Source of the DNA: an uncultured Acidobacteriota bacterium
Lineage (GTDB): Bacteria; Acidobacteriota; Thermoanaerobaculia; Gp7-AA8
Direction of reading: 5' to 3'
NCBI GenBank assembly: GCA_963822445.1
Contig: CAWGHO010000002.1
Coordinates: 864,001-928,000 of the forward strand
Length of the DNA stretch: 64,000 nt
Shown piece after piece: positions 55,676 to 64,000 of the stretch (its first letter is position 1; each line of letters starts with the position of its first letter). The notes beneath the pieces were generated by a model, which ran no database searches, had not been told where the DNA came from, and saw only the letters and a list, made by a program, of their open reading frames with translations. Position numbers and translations under genes: made by a program.

Positions 55676-56137
55676 CGACGTCGTAGCCCGCTGCCGCAGC
55701 ACCTCGTACAACGCCACGCCGACGCACGTCGACAGGTTCAGCGAACGCACGTGCGGCGAGTGGATAGGCATCTTCAACATCCGCTCGCCGTACCGATCGT
55801 GGATCGATTCCGGTAAGCCGCCGGTCTCGCGCCCGAACACGAGCACGACGTCTTCCGGAAACTCGGCGTCCCAGTACATTCGCTCCCCTTTCGTGCTGAA
55901 GAAAAACGGCGTGCCGAGCGTCGGCAACTCGCTTTCGAATGCTTCCCAATCCGGCCAGACGTGCAGGTCGACGTGGCGCCAATAGTCGAGGCCGGCGCGG
56001 CGCACTTCCCGCTCGTCCAGTGAGAATCCGAGCGGCTCGACGAGGTGGAGCGTCGCCCCGGCGGCAAGGCACGATCGCCCCGCATTTCCGGTGTTCCAGT
56101 GAATCTCGGGGTGGACGAGAACGACGTGAACGCTCAT
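55670..56137 (-). CDS. trmL: tRNA (cytidine/uridine-34-2'-O)-methyltransferase
   Basis: VL..PEI..NTGN..R, LGF.L.....RAGLDYW, FGRET.GLP, RSLNLS; ATG 56137. Confidence 0.94.
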   Translation of the reverse strand: MSVHVVLVHPEIHWNTGNAGRSCLAAGATLHLVEPLGFSLDEREVRRAGLDYWRHVDLHVWPDWEAFESELPTLGTPFFFSTKGERMYWDAEFPEDVVLVFGRETGGLPESIHDRYGERMLKMPIHSPHVRSLNLSTCVGVALYEVLRQRATTSS

Positions 56138-56152
56138 AGTAAGCAGTCTCCC

Positions 56153-57427
56153 ATGCGCCGCCACGGACTCCTGCTTCTCGTGCTGTTGGTTCCCCTCGTC
56201 GCCCACGCCGGAAAGACGCGCTCCGTACGCCATCTTCCGCCGCCGCCTCCCGTGACCGGTCCGACCTTCAGCAATGAAGTCGTGCGCATCTTTCAGCAGC
56301 ACTGCCAGACCTGTCATCACGAAGGCGACATCGCGCCGTTCTCACTCACCTCGTATGCCGAGGCGAAGCCGCATGCGACGCTGATCAAGCTCATGACCCA
56401 GTCGCGGCAGATGCCGCCGTGGAAACCGACGGAAGGCTGCGGCGACTTCAAAGACGAGCGTCGCCTCACCGACCAGGATATCGACACGATCGTGAAGTGG
56501 GTCGACAACGGCGCGCCCGAGGGCAAGCCAGCCGATCTTCCGGTGCCGCTCGATTTCAGCAGCGGATGGGCGCTCGGCCAGCCCGACGCGATCTACAAAC
56601 TTCCCGAGCCCTTCACGCCGCCCGCAGGTCAGGACACCTACCGCTGCTTCACCATCCCCACGAATCTCACGTCGGCCGCGTACGTGAAAGCCGTCGACAC
56701 AAAGCCGGGCGATCGCGAGACGGTCCATCACGTGATCACCTTCATCGACAGCACCGGAATCTCGGAGAGCCTCGACGCGAAAGATCCGGGGCCCGGCTAC
56801 ACCTGTTTCGGCGGACCCGGCTTCTCCCTTCCGAGCACGCTCGGCGGATGGGCTCCCGGATCACGCCCGCTGGAACTGCCGACCGACACCGCGTTTCAAT
56901 TGCCCGCCGCGTCGCGCGTCGTCATCCAGGTGCATTACCACCCGCACGGCGGCCACGGCCATCCCGATCAGACCGAGGTCGGCGTCTACTTCGCCGACAA
57001 GGCGCCGAAGTCGCTGATGCGGATCGCGCCGATCTTCAACAACACCTTCACCATTCCGCCCAACGCCAGCGATTACGAAGTCTTCGGAACGGTGCCCTTC
57101 AACATTCCGATGCCGGCCGCGCAGCTCTGGTTCATCGCCCCGCACATGCATCTCCTCGGCAGGACCATGAAAGTCGAGGCGACGCTTCCTGACGGTGCGA
57201 AGCAATGCCTGATCAACATCGACGACTGGGATTTCAACTGGCAGGGCTCGTACCGCTTCAAGGATGCGGTGGCGATTCCCGCCGGTACGACGCTGACGCT
57301 CCGGGCGACTTACGACAATTCGTCATCGAATCCGCGCAACCCGAACAATCCGCCCAGGGCGGTGTCGTGGGGCGAGGAGACGACGGACGAGATGTGTCTG
57401 GCGTTCGTGGGATTCACGCTGGATTAG
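56153..57427 (+). CDS. Exported c-type cytochrome fused to a PHM/DBH-like copper monooxygenase
   Basis: Signal peptide; CQTCH; MPPW; VHH, VHYH, PHMH, DEMC copper-ligand motifs; WDFNWQ. Confidence 0.82.
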   Translation: MRRHGLLLLVLLVPLVAHAGKTRSVRHLPPPPPVTGPTFSNEVVRIFQQHCQTCHHEGDIAPFSLTSYAEAKPHATLIKLMTQSRQMPPWKPTEGCGDFKDERRLTDQDIDTIVKWVDNGAPEGKPADLPVPLDFSSGWALGQPDAIYKLPEPFTPPAGQDTYRCFTIPTNLTSAAYVKAVDTKPGDRETVHHVITFIDSTGISESLDAKDPGPGYTCFGGPGFSLPSTLGGWAPGSRPLELPTDTAFQLPAASRVVIQVHYHPHGGHGHPDQTEVGVYFADKAPKSLMRIAPIFNNTFTIPPNASDYEVFGTVPFNIPMPAAQLWFIAPHMHLLGRTMKVEATLPDGAKQCLINIDDWDFNWQGSYRFKDAVAIPAGTTLTLRATYDNSSSNPRNPNNPPRAVSWGEETTDEMCLAFVGFTLD

Positions 57428-57441
57428 AGCCCCCGCCAAAG

Positions 57442-57470
57442 GTAGGCCGGAGGCCCACACTACACGGGGC
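57442..57470. repeat. REP family A singlet
   Basis: GTAGGCCGGAGGCCCACACTACACGGGG, identical to 44917-44944. Confidence 0.88.
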
Positions 57471-57488
57471 TACAATTCGGGCATCCCC

Positions 57489-59609
57489 ATGTCCTCCAAC
57501 CGGCCGTCTCAGTCCGCGAGCGTGCTCCGTTTCGATCTCGCGTTCCAGCGCAATCACCTGCTGGTCTACTCGCTGGCGCTGCTGACCGCACTCGCCGGAA
57601 AAGTCCTGGGCGTCTTTCCGCTGCGGCTCGACGTCGCGATCGTTTACTACCTCTTCGCCTGCCTCACGTCCGTCGCGCTCTACTTCCTCTTCGCGCGCGG
57701 CATCGATCGCCGGTATCTCAATCCGATCTGGCTGACCGTCGACATCTTCTACGTCACGCTCGGCGTGTACGTGACCGGCGGCATCGTCAGCCCCTGGTAC
57801 ATCTGGTACGTGGCCAGCGCCTCGGCGGCGGCGTTCGCGATCGGAAAGAAAGCGGCGTACTGGGCCAGCCTCGCGAACACGGCCGGGTATCTGACCACGC
57901 TCTATCTGATGGGCCAGGCCACGTTCTTCAACGACACCATGCTCCTGGCCATCTCGCGCATGGTGTTCGTCTTCGGCGCCTCCTACTTCTTCCTCATCGG
58001 CGTCGCGAACCTGCAGGAGAAGCGCCTCCGCATCCGGCAGCTCGAGGCGGTGGAGAGCCAGAAAGTCCAGGAGCTCACCCGGCTCAGCGAAGAGCTCGCG
58101 GATGCCAATCGCCGCATTCAGGACGCCGACCGTCTCAAGAGCCAGTTCCTGGCGAACATGAGCCACGAGCTGCGCACGCCGATGAACTCGATCATCGGTT
58201 TCTCGGAGATTCTCGTGGAGCGCCTCGACGGCAAGGTCGAGCCGAAGCACCTCGGCTTCCTCAGGCACATCCACTCCTCCGGCCAGCACCTCCTCGGCAT
58301 CATCAACGACATCCTCGACCTCTCGAAGATCGAGGCCGGGAAGATGGAGATCTATCCCGAGTTCTTCTCCATTCCGCAGGTCATCGAGAGCGTCTGTCAC
58401 GTGATGCGGGGGATGTCCAAACGCGCCACGCCGCCCACCTTCATCATCGACGTTCCGGAGGATCTGCCACAGATCGAGACCGATCTCGCCAAGTTCAAGC
58501 AGGTGCTCTTCAACCTGATCTCGAACGCAGTGAAGTTCTCACCGGCGCAGCAGCCGATCACGATCAGCGCGCGGCTCGCCGACAATGCCGTGACGGTGTC
58601 GGTGCGCGACGAAGGCATCGGCATCGATCCGAAGCATCACGCGATCATCTTCGAGGAGTTCCGCCAGGTCGACGGGACGGCGCGGCGCGAGTTCGGCGGA
58701 ACCGGCCTCGGTCTGGCGCTGGTGAAGAAATTCGTCGAGCTGCAGGGCGGCCGCGTCGCCGTCGAGAGCAAGCTCGATCGCGGCAGCACGTTCTCGTTCA
58801 CGCTGCCGGTGCGCTCACGCGCCGCGGTCGTCACGCGCGTTCAGGAATTGGTCCCGCCGCATCAGCGCTCCTCGCGCGTGCTGGTCGTCGAAGATGATCC
58901 GAATGCGTACGAGCTCATCGCCTCCGCGCTCCGATCGGCCGGATACCTGTCGATCCGCGCGCGGCACGGGGACGAAGCGGTGCGCATGGCCCGCGAATCC
59001 CATCCCGCCGCGGTGACGCTCGACCTCGTCCTTCCCGGTCTCGACGGCTGGGAAGTGCTCAAGCAACTCAAAGGCGACGCCGACACGCGCCACATCCCGG
59101 TGGTGATCATCTCCATGATCGACAACCGCGACCTGGGCATGGCCCTCGGCGCAGACGACTATTTCGTCAAGCCCGTCGATCGCGAGCGGCTGCTGGAGCG
59201 GCTGCGCTCGATCACGTCCCGCAGCGGCAACGGCACCCCGCCGCGACTGCTGCTGATCGACGACGACGCCGCGGTGCACGCGCTGCTCGACGAGGACCTG
59301 GCCGGCCTCGGCTACGCGATCGAGAAAGTGTTCAACGGCGAGGACGGACTGCGCGTCGCCGACGAGACCTCGCCGGACGTGATCATCCTCGACCTGATGA
59401 TGCCTGGCATGAGCGGATTCGAAGTGGCCGGTTCACTGAAGGAAAACCCGCGCACCGCGGACATCCCCATCCTCGTGCTGACGTCGAAGGAGATCTCCAA
59501 TCAGGACCGCGCGCTGCTGCACATGAAGGTCTCGAGCTTCGTGCAGAAGGGGACCTCGGCGCGCGAGCAGCTGGTGCGCGAGATCCGCCGCGTTACCGGT
59601 GTGGTGTAG
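57489..59609 (+). CDS. Hybrid sensor histidine kinase (multi-TM, HisKA, HATPase, two receivers)
   Basis: FLANMSHELRTPMN, NL.SNAVKF, D.GIGI, GGTGLGL; VVEDD..TLDL..KP and IDDD..ILDLMMP. Confidence 0.95.
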   Translation: MSSNRPSQSASVLRFDLAFQRNHLLVYSLALLTALAGKVLGVFPLRLDVAIVYYLFACLTSVALYFLFARGIDRRYLNPIWLTVDIFYVTLGVYVTGGIVSPWYIWYVASASAAAFAIGKKAAYWASLANTAGYLTTLYLMGQATFFNDTMLLAISRMVFVFGASYFFLIGVANLQEKRLRIRQLEAVESQKVQELTRLSEELADANRRIQDADRLKSQFLANMSHELRTPMNSIIGFSEILVERLDGKVEPKHLGFLRHIHSSGQHLLGIINDILDLSKIEAGKMEIYPEFFSIPQVIESVCHVMRGMSKRATPPTFIIDVPEDLPQIETDLAKFKQVLFNLISNAVKFSPAQQPITISARLADNAVTVSVRDEGIGIDPKHHAIIFEEFRQVDGTARREFGGTGLGLALVKKFVELQGGRVAVESKLDRGSTFSFTLPVRSRAAVVTRVQELVPPHQRSSRVLVVEDDPNAYELIASALRSAGYLSIRARHGDEAVRMARESHPAAVTLDLVLPGLDGWEVLKQLKGDADTRHIPVVIISMIDNRDLGMALGADDYFVKPVDRERLLERLRSITSRSGNGTPPRLLLIDDDAAVHALLDEDLAGLGYAIEKVFNGEDGLRVADETSPDVIILDLMMPGMSGFEVAGSLKENPRTADIPILVLTSKEISNQDRALLHMKVSSFVQKGTSAREQLVREIRRVTGVV

Positions 59610-59669
59610 GCCTCTGGCCTGCCCGTGGTTACCCCCGCCCTAAGGCAGGCCGGAGGCCTGCACCACACC
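59598..59669. repeat. REP family A variant doublet (GTGG-initial)
   Basis: GTGGTGTAGGCCTCTGGCCTGC (59601-59622) and GCAGGCCGGAGGCCTGCACCAC (59645-59666). Confidence 0.8.
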
Positions 59670-60500
59670 AGCGATCGCCGCGCGCGTCACCGCGGCGATG
59701 TCGTCTTCGGCCTTCTCAGTGGTCGCCATCTTGCGGCCTTTGGTGAACACGGCGATGGCGACGTGATCGCCATCCGGCAGCGTCACGACGGCGACGTGAT
59801 TGGTGCTCCCCTGCATCGTTCCGGTGCGATGCGCGACGCGTGAGCCGGGCGGAACGCCGGCTTTGATCCGCCGCTCGCCGCGTTTCGCCTCGGTCATCAG
59901 TTTCACGAGCAGCTCATGACTCTTGTCGGATAACCCGGCGCGGCGTTGCCAGAACGCAACGAGCAAATCAGCCATCGCGTCCGGCGTCGACGTGTCGCGC
60001 GCGTCGCGCAGAAACGCCAACTCGCCGCCCGGCTTGCTCAGGTCGAGCACGATCTGCTTTTCCGAGCGATCGACGCGAACGCCGCCGATAGCCAGCTCGC
60101 GCACCCGTCTGGTCACCGCCTCCGGCCCGCCAACCAGCGCCAGCAACGTATCGGCGGCAGTGTTGTCGCCGGTTACGACCATCAGCTCGAGCAGCTCACC
60201 GACGGTGAACGTGACCGGTTTGCCGTTGGCCTCGTCGCGAACGGGACTGTGGCCGAGGGAGAAATCCTCCGGCTCGATGGTGATGCGTTTGCTCAGCGAC
60301 ATCGTGCCCGTATCGACGCGGCGCAGGACCTTCAGCGCCGTCGGAAACTTGAAGACGCTGGCCATCGGAAACGCTTCCGTCCCTCGCACACTCACGCGGC
60401 GTCCGGACTCGAGATGAATCGCGGTCACACCGATGACGGCGTCACTGGTTTGCGGCGGAAGCTGGAACAGCGCGGCAAGGACGATCAGGGCGAAGGTCAT
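59640..60500 (-). CDS. Class A beta-lactamase-like serine hydrolase with variant motifs
   Basis: FPMASVFK, GDNTAAD (for SDN), DRSE, RDTSTP..M, HRTGT (for KTG). Confidence 0.85.
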   Translation of the reverse strand: MTFALIVLAALFQLPPQTSDAVIGVTAIHLESGRRVSVRGTEAFPMASVFKFPTALKVLRRVDTGTMSLSKRITIEPEDFSLGHSPVRDEANGKPVTFTVGELLELMVVTGDNTAADTLLALVGGPEAVTRRVRELAIGGVRVDRSEKQIVLDLSKPGGELAFLRDARDTSTPDAMADLLVAFWQRRAGLSDKSHELLVKLMTEAKRGERRIKAGVPPGSRVAHRTGTMQGSTNHVAVVTLPDGDHVAIAVFTKGRKMATTEKAEDDIAAVTRAAIAGVVQASGLP

Positions 60501-61555
60501 AACGCACGGAACGCCTTGTCGTACCCGGTCATTTCGACGTACCCCTCACCGCGCACACCCACGCCGCCGAACGATCCGCTCACGTTCACCGCCCCTTCCC
60601 AGTACGTCACGCGCGTCGAGCCGCGGGTCAGCAGCTCCTGATCGCGCAGAACCGGTTCCAGAGTGAGGGACACGTTCAGGGACGGCAGCTCGATCCGCCA
60701 GCCCATCGGATAGCGGGCCTTGCTCTTCGAAGACGTCCAGTGGTCGGTAACCACGATGCGCATCTGGTCGCGGCGGAGATGAATCACCCGGCCGTCGCTC
60801 GTGATCAGCGAACCGGACGAGCTCACATCCGGCGTCCCGTCCGTCCTGCGGATGATGTACAGCATCAGCTCCGCGTCGTTGTCGAGCTGCACCGAGAACC
60901 AGTCCCAACCCTGCTGGTTCTCGCGCAACGCGGCGCTGCCGAACTCGTGATCCATCCACGCCTGCCCCGTGCAGCGCGCGCCGTTCACGGAGCCCGTCAC
61001 TTCGAGCCGGGTCATGGAGTAGTAGTGCGACGCGTAGCCGGGAAAGGGCGCCTTCACACTGACTCCGTTCTCGCCATGAATCGCCGGAGCCTTCCGCGAG
61101 CGGAGCGTGAGATCGATGGAATCTTTCCCTTCCGCGGCGATCAATCGCCACGAGCCGTCCGGATTCGTGAGAACCCGCCAGGACTCGTTAAACACCGCCA
61201 GCCGCCCTTCCGCCGCATCAGCGGTGAACTTCGAGCCGCGATTGAACTTCTCGTAGTAGCGGAAGGCTTTGCCATCGACGTCCGTGATCGCGAAATGCGC
61301 CGGCATGATGTGCCTGAGGTCCCACTCGCTGTCCTTCGCGGACGTGGAGACGCCGACGCGGAAGAACGTGACCTCGAAGCCGTAGCGCCGCCCGCTTTCC
61401 GTGCGCAGATGACCGGTGTAGTACCACCACTCGGTTTGATAGGCGGGGTGCGAGCCGTGGTCGCGCGGGAAGGAGAACTCATAACCGGGCGCGGCCGGCT
61501 GGAAGCCACCCGCCACAGCGAGCAAAACACCGAACGTAGCGGCCGTAACCCACAC
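60497..61555 (-). CDS. AttH-like lipocalin / CrtC-family secreted protein
   Basis: FPRDHG.HP....EWWY.TG.L, S.YYS, G.AWMDHEF, GWDWFS.QL, YP..W, YWEG, G.GY.EMTGY; GTG 61555 is 6 nt after TATTAT. Confidence 0.88.
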   Translation of the reverse strand: MWVTAATFGVLLAVAGGFQPAAPGYEFSFPRDHGSHPAYQTEWWYYTGHLRTESGRRYGFEVTFFRVGVSTSAKDSEWDLRHIMPAHFAITDVDGKAFRYYEKFNRGSKFTADAAEGRLAVFNESWRVLTNPDGSWRLIAAEGKDSIDLTLRSRKAPAIHGENGVSVKAPFPGYASHYYSMTRLEVTGSVNGARCTGQAWMDHEFGSAALRENQQGWDWFSVQLDNDAELMLYIIRRTDGTPDVSSSGSLITSDGRVIHLRRDQMRIVVTDHWTSSKSKARYPMGWRIELPSLNVSLTLEPVLRDQELLTRGSTRVTYWEGAVNVSGSFGGVGVRGEGYVEMTGYDKAFRAL

Positions 61556-61576
61556 GGCGGCATAATAGCCACTCCC

Positions 61577-63379
61577 ATGGCTGAGCAACCGGTCGGTGCT
61601 CGTGCGCGATTCAAGACCATCGCGACCGAGAACAGCATTCCTATCGAAGCCGACGATCTCCTCGTCCTGGCGCGGCGTTATGCCGACCAGGGGATGTACG
61701 ACGAGTCGATCCACCTCTTCGAGATGGCCGAGAAGCTCAAGCCCGGCTCGGTCTCGCTCCGCATCAATCTGGCCCGCGTCCGCGATCTGAAGAAGCAGGC
61801 CGAGGAGATGCGGTATGCGCTGGTGAAGTCGGAGGTGATCGGGGAGCGGGCCCGCGACGAGATCGACTCCTCGCAGTACGTCGGCCTCGCCCAGTACTAC
61901 ATGGCCAAAGACCAGACCTCGAAGGCCATCGAGCTCCTCGAGTTCGCGAAGCTCAAAACCCCGAACAACTACCGTCCCTTCGAGATCCTCGGCCGCCTCT
62001 ACTACTCCCAGGGCGAATGGACCAGCGCCCATGAAGAGATCTCCCAGGCCCGCAAGCTCAACCCGTTCGATCGCGGCCTGGCCGAGATCTCCGGCCGCAT
62101 CCAGTTCGAGCTGAAGAACTTCGATCGCTCGCTCGAGGACTTCATCGACGCCTTTCTCCTGGCAACCGACCAGAAGGGCGAATCGACCGAGCCGGTGCGG
62201 CGGATGATCAACACGCTCAAACGCATCCACAACATCGACTCCAAGGATCTCAACGTGCGCATCAAAGAGCGCGTCGAGAACCTGCAGCTCTCCACCGAAC
62301 GCCTCGAGATCCGGAAGGAAAACCTCTTCCGCCTCGACACGAAGAAAGACCTCAAGACCATCCTCGACAAGATCACCCGCGCCGAAGAGAAGCGCGAGGA
62401 TCTCATCACCGTCTCGCACGACCTGCGCAAGCTTCGCGTCTTCCAGCACATGAAGGACGAGCAGATCTTCCGTCTGTCGAAGTTCGCGCGGGTCGAGGGA
62501 TTCACTCACGACGACTACGTTTTCCGCGCGGAAGACCGGTCGATGGATTTCTACGTCGTCCGCGAAGGGCGCATCGAGATCCGCAAGGACACGCCGTTCG
62601 GCCCGCAGATCCTCGGCGCGCTCGTCGCCGACACGATCTTCGGCGAGATGAACTTCATCGATCGCACACATCGCTCCAGCGACGCCGTCGCGGTCGAGCC
62701 GTCGGCCGCGTACACGTTCTCCTTCAGCGCGCTCGACCAGTTGATGGACGAAGACAAGGAGCTCGCCGTCGGCCTGCACTGGGCGTTCTGGCGCTCGCTC
62801 GCGGAAAAAGTCCGCGACGCGAACGAGCAGCTGAAGCTCTTCTTCCAGGAAGACGCGAAGAAGGGGCAGGGCCGCAAGCGCGTCGACGGCAAGCGGGAGA
62901 TGCAGCAGGTCACCGTGAAGTCGGAGGACAAGGTCGACCTGTTCCGCGAGCGCGGTCTGTCCGCCGCTGAAATGAAACTGCTGGCCACGTTCTCGAGCGA
63001 GGAACGGTTCGCCGAGGGATCGATGATCTTCCGCGAGGGCGAGAAGGGCGACAAGCTGTACATCGTCCTCGACGGCCGGGTGCGCATCTCCAAGTTCATC
63101 CCCGGCGTCGGCGAGGAAGCGCTGGCCGTGCTCGACCGCGGCGATTTCTTCGGTGAGATGGCCCTGATCGACGACAAGCCGCGTTCAGCGGATGCAAAGG
63201 CGCACGAGCAGGACGCGACGGTGCTCTCGATCGATCGGGCGACGCTGAACGAGATCCTGTCGATGGATCCGCATGCATCCCTGCAGTTCCTCAACCTGCT
63301 CTGCCGGATGATCAGCCGCCGCCTGCGCGAGATCAACGACAAGATCGTGCAGTGGAAGTACATGAGCGGCGGTTTTTGA
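61577..63379 (+). CDS. TPR protein with two cyclic-nucleotide-binding domains
   Basis: TPR-like helices; FGEMNFID...RSSDA and IFREG..GD.LYIV..G.V..FFGEMALID..PRSADA; ATG 61577. Confidence 0.87.
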   Translation: MAEQPVGARARFKTIATENSIPIEADDLLVLARRYADQGMYDESIHLFEMAEKLKPGSVSLRINLARVRDLKKQAEEMRYALVKSEVIGERARDEIDSSQYVGLAQYYMAKDQTSKAIELLEFAKLKTPNNYRPFEILGRLYYSQGEWTSAHEEISQARKLNPFDRGLAEISGRIQFELKNFDRSLEDFIDAFLLATDQKGESTEPVRRMINTLKRIHNIDSKDLNVRIKERVENLQLSTERLEIRKENLFRLDTKKDLKTILDKITRAEEKREDLITVSHDLRKLRVFQHMKDEQIFRLSKFARVEGFTHDDYVFRAEDRSMDFYVVREGRIEIRKDTPFGPQILGALVADTIFGEMNFIDRTHRSSDAVAVEPSAAYTFSFSALDQLMDEDKELAVGLHWAFWRSLAEKVRDANEQLKLFFQEDAKKGQGRKRVDGKREMQQVTVKSEDKVDLFRERGLSAAEMKLLATFSSEERFAEGSMIFREGEKGDKLYIVLDGRVRISKFIPGVGEEALAVLDRGDFFGEMALIDDKPRSADAKAHEQDATVLSIDRATLNEILSMDPHASLQFLNLLCRMISRRLREINDKIVQWKYMSGGF

Positions 63380-63382
63380 GCT

Positions 63383-64000
63383 TTGACCGTCCTCCTCACC
63401 TTTCTTCTTCTCTTCCTCGTCCTCTGGCTTTTCTTCTACGCGTTTCTTCCGCTGATCGAGAAGCTTCTCGGCCGCGCGGCGCACTTCACCGCGAAGTTCC
63501 GCTATCGCGATTACCTCCCGGTGCTCATCGTGCTCGGCATCGGCATCGTGGCCACGTCGTTCGCCGGTGACGCGTTCCTCGATCTCGCGGAGCGGCTGCA
63601 GGCCGAGTCGTCGCGGATGCATGAGGTCGATCGCGAGGTTCACCAGTGGGCGCGAACCGCTCACACGGACGGATCGACGCGCTTCTTCACCATTCTCACG
63701 ATCATCGGCACGCCGGTCGGCCTCGGAATCATCGTCGCCGTCATCGCGGCGATTCTCGCGATCCGCAAGCGGTGGCGCTGGGCGGCCTATCTCGTCTTCA
63801 CGTCACTCGTGGGCGGGCTGCTCAATCTGCAGCTCAAGGCGTTTTTCGCCCGCGCGCGGCCCGATCTCGCCGAAGCGCTGCGCCACACCAGCGGCTATTC
63901 ATTTCCCAGCGGCCACGCGATGGGCGCGATGGTCGTGTTCGGCGCGCTGAGTTACCTCGCGTTTCGCGCGATACCGAACTGGCGCGAGCGCGCGGCGGCG
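63383..64000 (+). CDS. PAP2-family membrane phosphatase (partial, runs off the window)
   Basis: TM helices, then LKAFFARARP and YSFPSGHAM; TTG start is uncertain. Confidence 0.85.
   Translation, partial: MTVLLTFLLLFLVLWLFFYAFLPLIEKLLGRAAHFTAKFRYRDYLPVLIVLGIGIVATSFAGDAFLDLAERLQAESSRMHEVDREVHQWARTAHTDGSTRFFTILTIIGTPVGLGIIVAVIAAILAIRKRWRWAAYLVFTSLVGGLLNLQLKAFFARARPDLAEALRHTSGYSFPSGHAMGAMVVFGALSYLAFRAIPNWRERAAA

Overview
GC-rich bacterial chromosomal segment, mostly housekeeping and envelope genes; the gene set and protein style suggest Acidobacteriota (probably Thermoanaerobaculia), which is inference only. In order: a type IV pilus operon (pilB-pilT-pilC-pilS, many single-base frameshifts that look like long-read errors), ADP-heptose/LPS genes, cheW+MCP, FHA, GGDEF, CsgG-like, two tandem DUF11 paralogs, lexA+XRE, tsaD, valS-birA-coaX-ggt-rpiA, bioY, secreted hydrolase/lectin, lon, nrdR, HDAC, a DUF1844-TPR-DUF4388 operon, htrA, an ABC exporter, an amidohydrolase, a third DUF11 paralog, trmL, a heme c/copper monooxygenase fusion, a hybrid kinase, a variant class A beta-lactamase, an AttH-like lipocalin and a TPR-2xcNMP protein. 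I found no rRNA, tRNA, CRISPR array, transposase or prophage. The most notable items are not in the ORF track: (1) a candidate ~95-nt sRNA at 21452-21547 (-) with an ECF-type promoter, a tandem anti-Shine-Dalgarno seed and its own terminator; (2) several REP/REPIN families, one of which sits inside coding sequence and supplies C-termini; (3) inverted octamer (CGGGGTTN) arrays in divergent promoter regions and the valS leader; (4) DUF11 paralogs with shuffled domains, variable Cys-bounded loops and swapped C-terminal tails; (5) a 59-aa DUF5522-like gene antisense to cheW; (6) recurrent leaderless-type promoters. All calls come from reading motifs by eye; no database searches were run.
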